Under the pieces are notes generated by a model. That model worked only from the letters and a program-made list of their open reading frames with translations, searched no databases and was not told the origin of the DNA. Shown one piece after another: positions 23,332 to 37,714 of a stretch of 64,000 bases of DNA. The stretch's first letter is position 1. Each line of letters begins with the position of its first letter. Source of the stretch: Mytilus trossulus (lineage: Eukaryota). The stretch covers positions 40,672,001-40,736,000 of the forward strand of contig NC_086376.1 in NCBI RefSeq assembly GCF_036588685.1, read 5' to 3'. A program made the translations under genes and the position numbers.

Positions 23332-26050
23332 AGAGGAATTGAGAAGAACTAGAAGGGCAGAACAACTCAAGAACTGTAATAAGAAGAAAGCGAAAAAAAG
23401 AGCAAACTTTATTAAGAATCCATACAACTACACCAAAAACAATGTTGGGTGGAGAAAGGACAGGGCATCAGCTTGTAGTAAGGAAGAAGTAGAGAAGTAT
23501 CTGCATTAAACACACTCAGACAAAGAAAGAGAGACACCTTTGGGATATTGCCCAAGAGTTGAAGAAGAAGAACAATCAACAATAGAATTTGAAACAATGG
23601 AAACAACATGGAAGGAAGTTTGTGAGGTGGTAAAGAAGGCAAGAACAGGATCAGCACCTGGGTACAGTGGTGTACCATACAAAGTCTACAAGAAATGCCC
23701 AAAGATACTAAGAAAACTGTGGCAGCTATTCCGAACACTATTGAAAAAAGGAACCATTCCTGAAAGCTGGCAAAAAGTAGAAGGATACTTTGTACCAAAA
23801 GATCAGGATTCAAAAGACATCTCACAGTTAAGGACAATTTCATTGTTGAGCGTCGAGGGATAAATCTACTTCTCTGTTTTGGCAAACAGGATGACGATGT
23901 ATATGTAGAGAACAGCTACATTGATACGTCTATGCAGAAAGGAGGTATTTCAGGTTTTTCAGGATGTGTAGAACACATAAGTGTTCATAGCCAACTCATA
24001 CACGAGGCTAAGACAGGAGAGAAGAATTTGGAAGTAGTATGGTTAGACCTGGCAAATGCATATGGATCAGTACCACACAAATTGATAGAGATGGCAATGG
24101 ATCACTACCACATTCCAGAACACACCAAGAAGATAGTATTAGAGTATTTTGATGGAATACTGCTGCGATTTACTGTAGATAACAAGACCACAGCATGACA
24201 GAAGTTAGAGAAAGGAATAGTTACTTGTTGTACCATCTCACAAATACTATTCATTATGAGTATGAATATCATCATGAAGGCAGCAGAAAGAGAAACAAGA
24301 GGTCCATAGACAGTTTCAGGGATTTTTCTACCAGCAATAAGAGGGTTCATGGATGACCTTACAGTAACAACATCATCCCATATTCAAGCAAGATGGATAC
24401 TGACAGCACTGGAAGAAGTAGTCACTTGGGCAAGGATGAAATTCAAGCCAAGGAAATCAAGATCAATGATACTGAAAGAAGGTTGTAGAATGGCTTAAGA
24501 AGATAGATAAGAGTGGATTGCCTGGGAAGTTTAAGGCTTGGATATACCAACATGGGCTGTTACCAAGACTGACATGGCTTCTCCTGATCTATGAAATGAC
24601 AGCAACAACAGTCGAATCTATAGAAAGAAAGATAAACAGTCTAAGAAGATGGCTAGGAGTACCACCAAGTGTTACAGCCATAGGCCTTCACAGTAGATCA
24701 TCACAACTACAGCTACCTTTAACATCAACTTTGGAGGAATACAAGGTATCACAGAGCAGACTTGTTATGACTCTCAGAGACTCGAAGGATAGCAAGATCA
24801 GTTAGGCTGGAATACATACACGAACTGGGCGTAAATGGTCATCGAGAACTGCAGTAAATCAAGCAGAACGTATTCTTCACCACAAAGACATATTTGGCAA
24901 CACCTGTACTGGTGGACAAGGCTTAGGAATGACACATTTCCAATAGTGGTCAAAGGCAACACAAAAAGAGAAGAGTAGCATGGTACAGTTAGAAATAAGA
25001 ACAGTAGAAGAAGAACAAAGCAGAGCAAAAACAGTGGAGCTTAGCCGTCAAGGAGCATGGATGTAGTGGAACTTGCCAGAAAGAAAGATCACATGGGCAG
25101 AGTTATGGAGGATGGAACCATTCAGAATTTCATTCATACTTAGGGCAGTGTACGGTACACTTCCTTCCCCTTCAAACTTACACCAATGTGGACTGATAGA
25201 AGAACCAAGCTGCAAGTTATGTGGTGAAAGAGGTACTATGGCACATATACTTTCAGGCTGCAAAGTTTCTCTGACACAGGGAAGGTATCGATGGCGGCAC
25301 GATAAGGTTCTAAAACATCTAGCAGAGATCTTAAATATGAGAGAAGAAAGAAGAGATCATCACAAACAGAGGCAAAGCAGATCAGATTCGTTAAAGAGGG
25401 AGATACGGGACATGCAACAAAGTCACAACAGCACTTCATCTTGGACAAGAGCAGTGAATGGAACATAAGAGCTGACATTGGAAAGAAGCTTGTGATTCCA
25501 GAATGCGTACAGACAACCCTACGCCCAGATATTGTAGTTTGGTCACAAAAAGATGATAGTTGCAATAGAACTGACAGTTCATTCGGAAGAGAGATGTGAA
25601 GAGGCATACCAGCGGAAAAAGGAAAAGTACACAGAGCTGATGACAACATAAAAAGAGAGAGAGGGTGGAAAGCGTGGCTGTTCCCAGTAGAAATAGGCTG
25701 CAGAGGTTTTCATGCACAGTCAGTATGGAGGATGTTACAGGCAATGCAATTAGTTGGAAAGGCAAGAAAGACAGCGGTAAGACATCTAGGGGAAGCAGCA
25801 GAGCGTTCATTTTGATGGTTATGGCATCGCCGAGATGATATGAGCTGGAAGCCGAGTGCTGTTGAGTAGAAGTTTGGCCACCTCTACTGACCCGCCAACC
25901 GGAGGATGTTATGGGACAGGGTCGAAACATCTAATGAAGGTTGGAACCATCTGAAGAAATCAAAGCACCGACAGATAGCGAAAGGGATTCAGAGATGAAA
26001 GAAGATGAGCAATCAAGAGAATATGACAGCAGAAAATCAGAATACCACCA
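23332..26050 (+). mobile_element. 5'-truncated, decayed RLE-type non-LTR retrotransposon (HERO-like)
   Basis: RT fragments RTISLLSVEG, QKGG..GC.EH, WLDLANAYGSVPH, FMDD; CKLC..HILSGC zinc finger; RHDKVL; RPDIVVW..ELTV endonuclease; many stops and frameshifts; 3' end approximate. Confidence 0.88.
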
Positions 26051-29000
26051 TCTGTAAGTAATAATCACGATAGTATTTTCCTCAGGTTACACAATCCTTT
26101 AATATATTTATTTTAAAGTCAACGTCTTATAATATTTCTAAGTGCTGATAATACCTGTCATGCACATGGGGATAGATGAGGTAGAAAGTACACTTCTCAT
26201 TTATTTAGCATGAATTTAATTCTTTTGTTAAAAATCGCTTCTTTTTAGAATTTCGCAAGCCTGATTGAAGTTTTATATAAGAAATTCTATTTACCATATA
26301 ATTAACTCGTTATACTACCAAGCTTGCACATAACCTGAATATGTATCAACGATTCGTGTTTATTTAAGTCAAGACGCCATTGCATTAACCATCGAGGTGA
26401 CCTCCAAAGACTGCCAACGCCATACAACCCGATATATATGCATACACATATATATAAATAGACTTCGTGCAATTAGATTTTTACATGTTGTTCTCCTCTT
26501 ATATTTAATGCGTTTCACTCGGTTTTAGTTTGTTACCCCGATTTTGTTTTTGTCCATGGATTTATGAGTTTTGAACAGCGGTAAACTCCTGTTGCCTTTA
26601 TGTATAAGAATGTTTTGGGTCAAATCAATTAAATAAACGGTTTGCCCTTGCTTCCAATCTTGGAAGTGTTTTAATAGCTTAACACTCTGAGTTCATGCGT
26701 AACCCATGTCTTGCAATTGAAAAAAGAATTATTAGCGATTTTCTTTGCTTATTTTGACAAAACTGACTAAAAACTGACTGCTATTAGCGAATAATCATAT
26801 CACTACTTCACTTTCGTCAACGATTGAACAGAAACAAATCATCTTTTATATTTGTCAGCTACTAGTAATTCCATTTTAATATCACTGTCGTTATTTCATC
26901 TGATTATTAATATTTAATCTCTGCCAAAATTGCTGTTATTTTCTTAAACTTTACCGAGAGAGCGTTCGCCTCCGTAGTAGAAAATACCGTCTACACTTGA
27001 TGGTAATCAAATTTGACGATTGATATCAAGGTATATTATTATGAGTCAGATTATTATCCAAAGGTTATAGAGTTATTTACATATCACTAATGAATACGTT
27101 CTGTCGCCATTTTTGCTAATTAAGGAGACAAAAATATTTTTCTTATATACAGCCTCTTGTAAGATTCTAATGATTAAAAGAAGTGTGACTTCTATAATTT
27201 AAGTGTGAAAAGTATGTTTTTAATTTATTGTTTCAATTCACTTGTAAAATATTTATTAGTTAATATATGCAGCTAATTATCTCCATTGTGTGTGAAATTT
27301 GTCACGTATTCTGTTACAAGCAATTCGATATCTTTTAGTGTAAGACATTAGGTAAAATATAAGCTAGTTACATGCAAGTTCTATTTTGTTCCAATCAAAT
27401 CTATATATATTTATCTTGAAATAAGATACTTCGTATCATTGTTTTATATTTCACCTGTCAAATACAATATTGGTCACGTATTCTTTCCCAAGCAATTTAA
27501 TTTCGCTTCTTGCAAGACATTAGGTAAACTTTAAGCAAATTACATACAAGGATGTTTTGTTTAAAACTAATCTATATTCATTCATCTTGAACATTGGTTT
27601 ATATGTCGCTTTAAAAAAACCACATATATTTATATCAAGTATACAAATTATTGCACATTTTATATTCCAAGCAATTGTAGTTAAATGAGGGTGTTATGCA
27701 TTCCATCATATGAAATTAACATTGAAATATATAAATAATAAAATTGTATTTAGAAATGTTGAACAGCAAGGGTTAGAGGTTCACACATCCACCAATAAAA
27801 CTATTCGAGACAATGACTTATTTGTACGGAAGATCTGTTAAAATGTAAGCCAAGATAGAAATTCTTCGTCATTAAAGCTTAAGATTGAAATAAACAATTA
27901 ATTTCCCCGTAGGCGACAATGGTAGCCTTTTTCGAGATACAGACTTTAGAAAGTTGATTTTTTTAACGAAACCTTGCTAGAATCAAAGAAAAGTTATTAG
28001 GACAGTATTTTTTGGTCCCAAAAATATAGGTTCGCGTTGCTTTTCTTAGCGTATTTTGTACTTATCGCCCATGCCTATCAATTTTGCCCTTAAAAATACG
28101 TGTCTTGTCCTGGCGTTGAAAAGTCATCTCAGTGCCTTTAGGGCTACGGAATAATTTTTATTTTGCCTCTTGTATAAAGCAGAGTGCACGAAGTCTCTAA
28201 AAATAAAAAAAATACGGGCGCACATATCGACCAATCAGGATTAGCCATACTCTTAATTCTGAATACCATGTTATGCTCATAAAATGGCTGCGCCCATAAA
28301 ATCTAATGGTGTATTGTAACCTATAGTCACGTCTCAGCCATTAAGCTGGTCGCACGTGCCAGATCATCTCCTTGTTGTCTCCCTTTGTTAATAAGATGGC
28401 TGCTGCTTAGATCGCGATATGATAGTACTACCATGATACTATTTCGTACTTGAACTCAGTAACTTCTGGTATATTAAAGTGCAAATTCCAAATACTAGTA
28501 CTCACAATACACGTATTCACTTACTAGATGCTGTTCCAAAGACAGAGAGTTGAAACAAATAGATTCGTATCGCCACTGTCTCACAACTTTGTTCAAACTA
28601 CTTGTAAAGATAGCAACATTACACGTATGTGATAACATCCAATTATTTTCTGTTCACCGAGATCGAAGGCATCTAGATCTTTGTTAGCCTGGTCCCATTG
28701 ATCTTTATTCAATCTTGACAAACCAAATATCTCGTCAGAAGCCTGCAGTTCGGTGATTGTCGTCTGCTGCGGTATGACATACTTGTTTTTCGTGTATTTA
28801 TTTTCTACACAAATAAGGCTGTTAGTTTTCTTGGTCTACATTTGTTATTTCCAGGCCTTTTACAGGTTACTATGCGGTATTGGTTTTGCTCATACTTGAA
28901 GGGCCTGTGGTGACCTATAGTTATATACTTCTATGTCATTTGGTGTCTTGTTGAGAATTGTCTCATTGGTAATAATAGCACATTTTCATATATTTTGTGT

Positions 29001-30917
29001 TGTGAAACCTATTTTAACAAACTCCAACTGATCTACGGTATTAACGTGAAAACCGACTCCCAAAACATCGTAAACCGCTTCCAAGGTTTCATGAATCCTC
29101 TAAACTTACGCCGAACCCTCGGAACTTAAAAAAATAATTGAAGGTCCGTTAATATATGTTTCTCATTGAACATTAGGTTCCATATGTAAGACATATTATA
29201 TTCTAAGTATATGACGCGTGCAAAATGAAATTCTTCTTTAAAAAAAGGAACTTTCAATTAATTACTAATAGCAGGAAACACTAGTGATTAATTTTTGCGT
29301 TGTTGAATGGGCATGTAAAATTATCATGTACAGCATTTTTTAAATGTTAGTTTTTATAGTCTTAAAGTTTCACAATTTCTTATTAGCTACCATGAAATTA
29401 CTAACTAAAATTAGATATTAATTTAGCAACGTCTTCATTGTTATGCTCATTGGTGAAAGGTTTTTGTTCCTAATGATGATAATTTTAAATTCTGTTCAAA
29501 GAATCTTGCTTAGAAAATGATTATGCATTTCCTTCCTCATTCATAGATTCTACAGATACAAAATGTTATTATAATTTTAAAACAAAGGCTAAAATACACG
29601 CTTTAAAAAGAACATGTTTTGTAATGCATGTCACCTGCGCTCAGATTCCAAATTTGCGTTGTTATTATACATGAAACAGATTATTCATTTAAGTTTGATG
29701 TGTAAGTGTCTACACTGCTTCAGAAAATTGAGATTTGAAATGATAAGATTTTACTAATGAATAAAAGAAAGATGCAGCTAGGGTAAACGTTAAGGTTATA
29801 TCACCCCAAACACACAGAAATCAATACAACAAAAAGTCAAACAACCAGACTTGTCATTTCTGACTTACTCATCCGATGATTATATAGTTGCTCTTTTTAT
29901 AATGAGTTCGTGTTACAATGGGCTCATGTTGCTCAGTCTTGAGTTTTCTATGTTGTGTTTAGTGAACTGTTGTTTGTCTGTTGTGCCTTTTCTAGTTCAT
30001 CATTGCTTTTCCCGTTTATTTTTTACCTCTGAATTTGAATGGCTCTTTGGTATCTTTCGCCTCTCTTTCAAAAACATGACATACGCAGACGTGAAACGTG
30101 CAATGGGAGTATTGCATTCAAGTTCAACTAACGAAACAGTAAAATGATCAATGTTGTATAATGTTATGTCACACAAACTATTTATAAAAGAAACGGCTTT
30201 GGATAAAATTGAGCTGTTTATTGGATTGATTAAATAGTTTATTTGGATCCTTCAGTCTTGATAACACATTATACACGTGTTATTGGGTTTATCAAACACC
30301 GATGCATGTTACCATACAATGTAGCTTGATTTTGTTCTAAGTGACCCATCATAGATAAGATACCGCGAGACAGTTATTGCCCCTTAGCACTGAACCATGA
30401 CAACCGATAATTGTATGAACTACAAATAGATTTGTTTTACCAAATGTTCTTATATTGCTGTAAGTGATAAAAAAAAACTAAATTGCTATTTAAGGTTTAC
30501 AGAGAAAAATCTTCATTCAGCACAAGTTTCGTAGATTTTGAAATTTATAATGAAATACATTATGGGTGATAAAAGTATATGTTGAGTCAAAAAGACAGCT
30601 CAACAACAAAGTAAAACGAATCACGACATTTCAAGGTCACTGTTGGTCTTAATGTCAAGCTTGGAATAGAGCTAGTTGAACATTCAGGGTCTACCTAACG
30701 GCACATTTTGTCAAGGACACAAGGTTCTAAAGGATATACTCAGCTCCGGATGTGAGATTTTCTCGCTGCGTTGTAGCCCTATTTGTAACCTGCGCTATGT
30801 TCTGCTCTTTGGTCGGGTTGTTGTCTCTTTGACACCTTCCCTGTTTTTGTTCCTTTTTCTACAATAGGTGACTCAATACTCACTTATATTGTTTAATTAA
30901 ACCATGGTAACCGTCTT

Positions 30918-33551
30918 CACCGTGTAGAACGCCACATGCGGGGTGTCGGCTATGTTTGACATGAGGTGGCAATTTTGAAGCGACTAAAAAGTAACAAAGA
31001 AAGTTCAAGCATCAAAATTTCCTATTTTAAGAACTCTCAGTACCATATAATGTATTGCACGGAAGGAACCATAACATAATCTATTTTCTGAAAGCAGAAG
31101 CAGTCGTTTTCAGTGTTCAGTTTTCTCAAACACATCGCCCTAGTTTTCCGTGTTGCAGATTTTAAGGCTTTATATGCAAATTGCTGTATAAAAAACTACT
31201 TTACACAACTACCCTCCGTATTATTTATATAAAATTGTATTCCTCTCGTGGACTTCTACCAAATTCTTATTTCCTAGTTAAAATTAACTGGTTTTAAAAC
31301 TATTATTCATTAGGATATAAAGTGTCGCTCGGGGTGTCAGATTTTGCATCTCAAGGGGCGGAGGCTTGTCATAAAAAAGATATATTTGCATGTAAATTAG
31401 TCTTCATATGATACATTTTATTTCAAACACAACTTCTTAACTATGACAAAATAAGGATACTTCATTTTGCCTATTTTTAGTCTGATAAAACATGTGCTTT
31501 TAATTTCATTCATAGTAAAAAATAGCTCAAAATATTTAGTTTTAAAGCTGGTAAATGATTTCAGTCACTACTATGGTCAGAAGAAAGTCGAGGCTATGGC
31601 TCAATAAACCCAAACCTGAGGGAAAATCACATAATAGTCCTCAATTTTATATCTGCCCGAAACCTCCATCACCCAAACTACATCATACTTCATCACCAGG
31701 TCTTTTGAACTTTGTTCATCGAAATTTGAAATGGTATAGACTATCCCTGCCGTTATGGCCGTTATAGATATTGTGCGTCAAGATGAATGGTTTGGACACA
31801 TTCGTTCGTGTCTCCTCAGTGAGCTGGAATACGAATATGTTTTTCTACAAGCACATCTGTATTGTTCTGGATTTTGATTCTTACAAATCAAATGCTTCTG
31901 CAAATATGTTTTGCACAAAAAAAATATTTTTACAGATGTCACATTCATACTGTCTTGTCCTTTTATTGTTAATTTTTCAATGTGTAAGGTACTGTACAAC
32001 ATCCCTGAAAGATTGTTTACAATTAGGACATTCTTTCTTTGTTTTTAAATGCGACTCCTGGTGGCGTTTTACAGCATAGTTGCCTTTAAAATTCTTGTCA
32101 CAAATTGAACACACCAATGTTTTTTGTCTATGCTTAAACATCACATGATTATTCAATGCCATTTTTGAATTAAATCAAGCACCAAAGGTGGGTAGTTGTT
32201 TATGTGTGTGTCCTTCTTTTTATGTTTTTTTAATAGGTCCATGGTACGGAATGATTTTTTGACATTTCCTACAAGGATGCTCCTCTCCGTTATGCATCTT
32301 TAGGTGCTTATTAAGGGATGACTCGTGCTTATGTCTGTTGGTACACACTTGACAAACCAACTGCTCGCCAACCTTCTCTTCGTGGTCTATTTCAAATCCT
32401 TCTCGTTAATTCCATTACTTTAACAGGAATGTATATATACGCTTATGCATTTATATAATGTATAAACAGCAACTAATCTTTTTGGATGTCGATCAGTTTG
32501 TGAAAATTAACTGATACAGTTACTAAATAAAAATAATTATAATTGTGTTTTCCCGCGTTTCGTTTAGTATAGCGGGAAAATATTGTATTGACGGGTGCGG
32601 GTCGTATGAATATATAATAGGGTCACACTTAGTGACCAATGGGTATACTTTCTGGTAGTAAAGCATAGGGTCACTTTCTAGCTGTCGTGCAACGAGTGAA
32701 CACTCAACTTTAAATTTTCTATCGAGCATGACGGGCTGTCGGCAAACTAAGATTATGTTTGCGTTGTTTATATTTGCCACGAGTATGTAGTTAATACAAT
32801 CATTTACGATCTCGACTATACATTTTCATTTACAGAGTTGAAAAAAAATCATAAAAAAAGATTAAAGATTGGTCTGTTCAAAGCATTTAATTAATTGTAT
32901 TCCTATGCAACTTAATTTATATCATTTAATAATGATTTGATAATAAATCGGTTACACCCTTCTTCATTCATACATGTACTTTTCATATTCTTACGTGTAT
33001 TTGTTAATATTTTTGTTATTTAAATGTATTATAATAAAAAAAAATTACATTACAATTATATGCATATCCAATTAAGTTTCTACGTTGAGGCTTTATTTGC
33101 TATGTTTATAAAAAAAAATGCACATTACTTATAAGACTAAAATATGGACCAAATGACATACTATAAGTTTGTAATTTGTCATCATAACAGTGTAGATGTG
33201 TTTGAATAAAAAAGTATCAGATAGAGACCGATTTATAAGAAAATGTATTCTTTTTTTATGACAAGCCTCTACCCCTTGAGATGCAAAATCTGACACCCCT
33301 CAAAATCTGCAACACGGAAAACTAGGGCGAGGTGTTTGAGAAAACTGACCACTGAAAACGACTGCTTCTGCTTTCAGGAAATAGATTATGTTGTGTTTCC
33401 TTCCGTGCAAAACAGTATTTGGTACTGAGAGTTCTTTTAAAAAATAAGAAATTTTGATGCTTGACCTTACCTTGTTACTTTTTCGTCGCTTCAAAATTGC
33501 CACCCAATGTCAAATATAGCCGACACCCCGCATGTGGCGTTCTACACGGTG
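30918..33551. mobile_element. Non-autonomous DNA transposon with Transib/RAG-like ends (CACCGTG termini, 5-bp TSD GTCTT, long TIRs)
   Basis: Outer ~35 bp perfectly inverted; imperfect TIR homology extends several hundred bp; GTCTT at 30913-30917 and 33552-33556; empty site in the inverted paralog near 52232-52236. Confidence 0.85.
31778..32415 (-). pseudogene. Decayed multi-C2H2 zinc-finger gene carried inside the TIR element
   Basis: CQVC..HLKMH, CRKC, CSIC..HQESH, CPNC, CAC..HERMC across frameshifts and stops. Confidence 0.8.
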
Positions 33552-33624
33552 GTCTTGAATTTTAAAGTGTATGCTGAATGACATTACAATTTCTTAATTC
33601 GTGATATTTTCTTCCGTATTTTAA

Positions 33625-34433
33625 AGGGGCACTAGCGACGAGATACATAAAAAATCTAGAGTATGATTTTGTTTGTTCAATCATTAAAGAAAGTGAAAAA
33701 ATGAAATATTAATTCACTTTAAGCAGCTAAAACGGTTCAATTTTGTCAAATTAAGCTAATAAAAATTGATAATGAATTATTCACTTGCAAGTGAATAATT
33801 CGACCTCATTAAACCTGTACTTATGTGAATTCCAATTCAACCCTGTGGAAAGAGATATAATAACGCATGCCTCCGGGTGCGGGAATTTCTCGTTACATTG
33901 AAGACCTGTTGGTGGCCTTCCGCTGTTGTTTTTTCTATGGTCGGGTTGTTGTCTCTTTATACATTCCCCATTTCCATTCTCAATTTTATTATCCGTGTAC
34001 GGTAATTTAAAGGACAAGAATGTAAATATTGAAAGTGAAACAAAGGTAAACAACTTATTCTTACAATCTGATTCGATCCACAAAAAAAATTAATTCTTAT
34101 TTAGGAAAAAACGTCGATAAACATACATTTTTAATCTATAATACAAAATTTAGTAGACCTATAAAAATCCAATTGCATGAGTTGCTTAATCTATGTATAT
34201 ATATGTTCATGTTTACATCGCGTATATGGTCATAGAAGGTTAACTCGAAATCGAATTAGATGGCGTCATTGCTAAAATTCACGCGAATCGAAGCTAAATC
34301 TTATTGAGACCATGGCCTGCAAATTGTTTATTTTATATTTTTGATAGTTTGGAAAAATGTTTTACATTGTTATAAATAAAATATGAGAATTTGAGTCAAA
34401 TTGGTGAACATGAATTTGATAGTTAGTGCCCCT
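33625..34433. mobile_element. Kolobok-like non-autonomous DNA transposon (TTAA TSD) with a nested SINE-like insert (~33871-33990)
   Basis: TTAA|AGGGGCACTAGC ... GTTAGTGCCCCT|TTAA; truncated copy at ~51611-52177. Confidence 0.75.
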
Positions 34434-37400
34434 TTAAATGTAGTCAGAGTTTATTTTTTTAACAATTCTCTTCAAGACCTCGCAGAAAGACAAAAAAAAC
34501 CCAACAAGTAATAACTAAAACAAATTGGATAAAAATTCTTCAGATTTTAAATTTGATAATTCTAATCTAATATATATCTGGAAAGCAACGTCATTGTCAA
34601 TCAGAGAAGAAACACTATTAGTGAGAATCAAATATTCTGCTGAAACGTATTTAAGTAAATGGGTTTCTGTTATGAATTCTATTAAGATAAATGCTAAATA
34701 TGCTTTGAAAAAGTAGAAAGTCAAACTCTTTTCTCTCTTAAATTTATCCGAAAACAAAACTGGTGCAAAAAGGTGAATTCCAAATAATAAAAAACCTCAT
34801 CGACAAATTATATAAGGATAAAATCCATAAAAATTACAAAATCAAAAACTATGAATGGATATGACCTACTTTGGACAGAAACTTACAAGACATTTCAACA
34901 CTAACATACACGGCATATCTTTATTCTCAAATCAACTTATATCGACACTCAACAAAAACAGTATATGGGTCCGACCTTATATATTCTAATATTCTGAAAT
35001 AGCCCGATCTCTAACCGGATTCAACCATACTATACATAACAGAATTAACTTTTTTTTTAAATGTGAACAGCCACAGGCATATTTCTTACTTGTGCGGGTA
35101 TTTTCCGATGAAAACATGTGATTAAACCTGGTGTAATGGCTAGCTAAAGCTCACACTTGTAACAGCAATCTTCAGTAATCTTATTCATAATAAATTTATG
35201 TTACTTGTGTAAAGTTTGCTGGTGGTCAAGTATCTGTACAGTGACAGAAATCATATCATTACATTTGAAAGGGTTTTTATAATGTACGTTAAAAGGCAGA
35301 TTTATAAAGAATATAAACGATAAAACTGAATACAATACTTGGGGAAAATATTAATAACTGTGACAATAAGCTGAGCTTTGATAACAGATATTACACTCAA
35401 AAGGTACTTTGATCTTGATTATTGTTATTTTCCATGATATTTATCATTAAGTTACATTAAACAGACTTCGTTATTGTTTTGCTTTATGATATGATATACC
35501 ATAACTCAAAACATATGTTTCTGAAAGGACGTTTCTTTAATATCCATTATTATAATTTATAAGATTTAGTGCCTTGTGATAAACTTAATGCGTTATTCTT
35601 AAAAAAAATGTTTCTAAACTGTTCTGAATATTGCAATTAAAACCGGCAGTCTGAATGACTTTTTTTCTTATAGTAAAGTATTAGGCCGCGGCATCTTTAA
35701 ATGCTAACTATTCTTTATTGATTTACTTTTTTAATAATTTCAAATGTCAAAGTATTTTCATGTTTTTTTTTGTTTTTTTTTTTACATCCAATGATATATC
35801 GACCTAAATCCGTGCTTTTTGTGGCATTGAATAATTTTTTTTCTGGACTGTTTTTTAAAATACCTGTATTTCATGAAACACACTGAGGTTCTATAGTTAA
35901 CTTGAATATTTCATGGCAACAACTTAAGACAATGGTTGGTGTTTTAAAAGAACGTTTGAAGTCAATACCGCTGCTGGTGGACCATTGAAGTCGTCTCCGA
36001 GGGTGCTCTGCAATCATTTAATTTACTTCGTACTGACAAACTGCTTAAAATTGTTCGTTTATAAATTTTGAAATGATTAAAAATGAGGTTAAAGTTTCAA
36101 CAGGCAAGATTGGCCCTGGAAAGATTCGACTTATCATTTTGTTTAGGTAATATATCATCATGACTCCGACTTTATAACTGTTTAGGTTCTCTGCTTTTAA
36201 ATAAATATTTAGCTTTCAGCATTCCTGATTATGTCGGATCTGGAAAGGAACATGGGACTTATAAAGCGTGGTTTTCCTTTTACTTTAATTTGCAGAGATA
36301 GGTTCATAATATATAATTCTAAATATGAGCCAGGAGTTAAATGTTCCTCTAAAAAGGCAAAATTCCGTATCATTGCCATGATATATTTTGGAAATCAGGT
36401 TTCAAATTGCTAGGAAAAGCATGCTCCTTTATACATCGTACAAATAAAATATGCTTGTTGCTGAATTTACGCCTAGGTAACGGTGCTAGCTGGTACAAAT
36501 TGGAAATGAAATAATTGAGAACGCGATGGCATTGAAAGGTATAAAATAACGTAAATTCAACGGAGTTCAGTGTACATGTATGTCATCAAACGCAGAAATT
36601 AAAAAGATTTAGGATTCACCAGTATTCAAACGTTTCTCTGGATGATTGTTTAACGGTTCTGAGGACTTTGTATTTTAATACATGTGCTGTGCTTTATAAA
36701 CTAAACAAATCTTTTATTGCAATATTTAACGGTTCGGAACAATTAGAGGTCACAGTCAAGCTGTTATTGTTCAGTTTAGATCTGCTATTCCTAAAACCCT
36801 TATAGCTAAGCTTAGTCCTTACCAATTACGATTCTTTATTTGATACGTTTAAAGGAAGATTAAAGAAGAAATAACTGCTTCATAAAAATGTTGTTTACAT
36901 GGAGAAGATCATTGACTGTATTCCTTCTTTTTTTTAACATCTGCTGGACGTCAGAAGGATCAAAACAATGTCAGAAGAGTATTTGCAGGCTTAAATCGTT
37001 ATACGCTATTTCAACAACAGTCGGAACTACAGTTAACATATCATAGAGTGCTATGAAACAAACAAAATGCTGAAATCTTATGGTTGTTGTATCAATGAAG
37101 CTCTGAGATAAATTTCAAAAGTACATTTACCAACAGTTTACTTAATGACGTTCATGTTTTAGAAATTTGGTTTGATTGCTACAGTCATTTTGCTGACTCT
37201 TTGCCAAGCCTTCAAAGACATGCAACTAAAGTAGCAAATATAAAACTCCTATAAACTGGTTAGATTAAAATGTTTATGTTTTTATGATAATCTACCGAAC
37301 ATACATCGCTAATTTTAACACATCACGATCAATTACACTGATGACGTTATTTAAATCCGTTCCTTTCGACAGTAATATCCATTCAACTGAAAATTATTGA

Positions 37401-37714
37401 ATGTTTTTTGTTAATAAATATAGATATAACAGACTAATTTCTTTTTTTAAATGAAAAATTTTAAAACTTCAAAGTATAAAAGATGTTTTTGTTTATAAAA
37501 ATAGAATTAGCAGACTAATTGGTTGAAGTTTTAAAAAACAAATGTTAAAACCTCGAAGCCAAAAAAATGTTTTTGTTTATCAAAATAGAGTCAGCTTGAA
37601 TTTTTTAAAAGAAATTTTAAAGCATCAAAGCAAATAAGATGTTTTTGTTTATTAAAACAGAATCAGCAGACTAATTTTCTGAATCTTAAAAAATAGTGTA
37701 ATGCAAGTCTCAGG

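Larger units (their letters stand above)
28324..35738 (+). repeat. Left arm of long inverted duplication (~4.5 kb plus later insertions)
   Basis: Colinear reverse-complement match to 50297-54807; ORFs 30676+ and 52289- are near copies. Confidence 0.9.

Noticed and set aside
30918-30965. True 12/23 recombination signal sequences
   Set aside because: Only the heptamer-like end is present; no ACAAAAACC nonamer and no RAG coding sequence in the window
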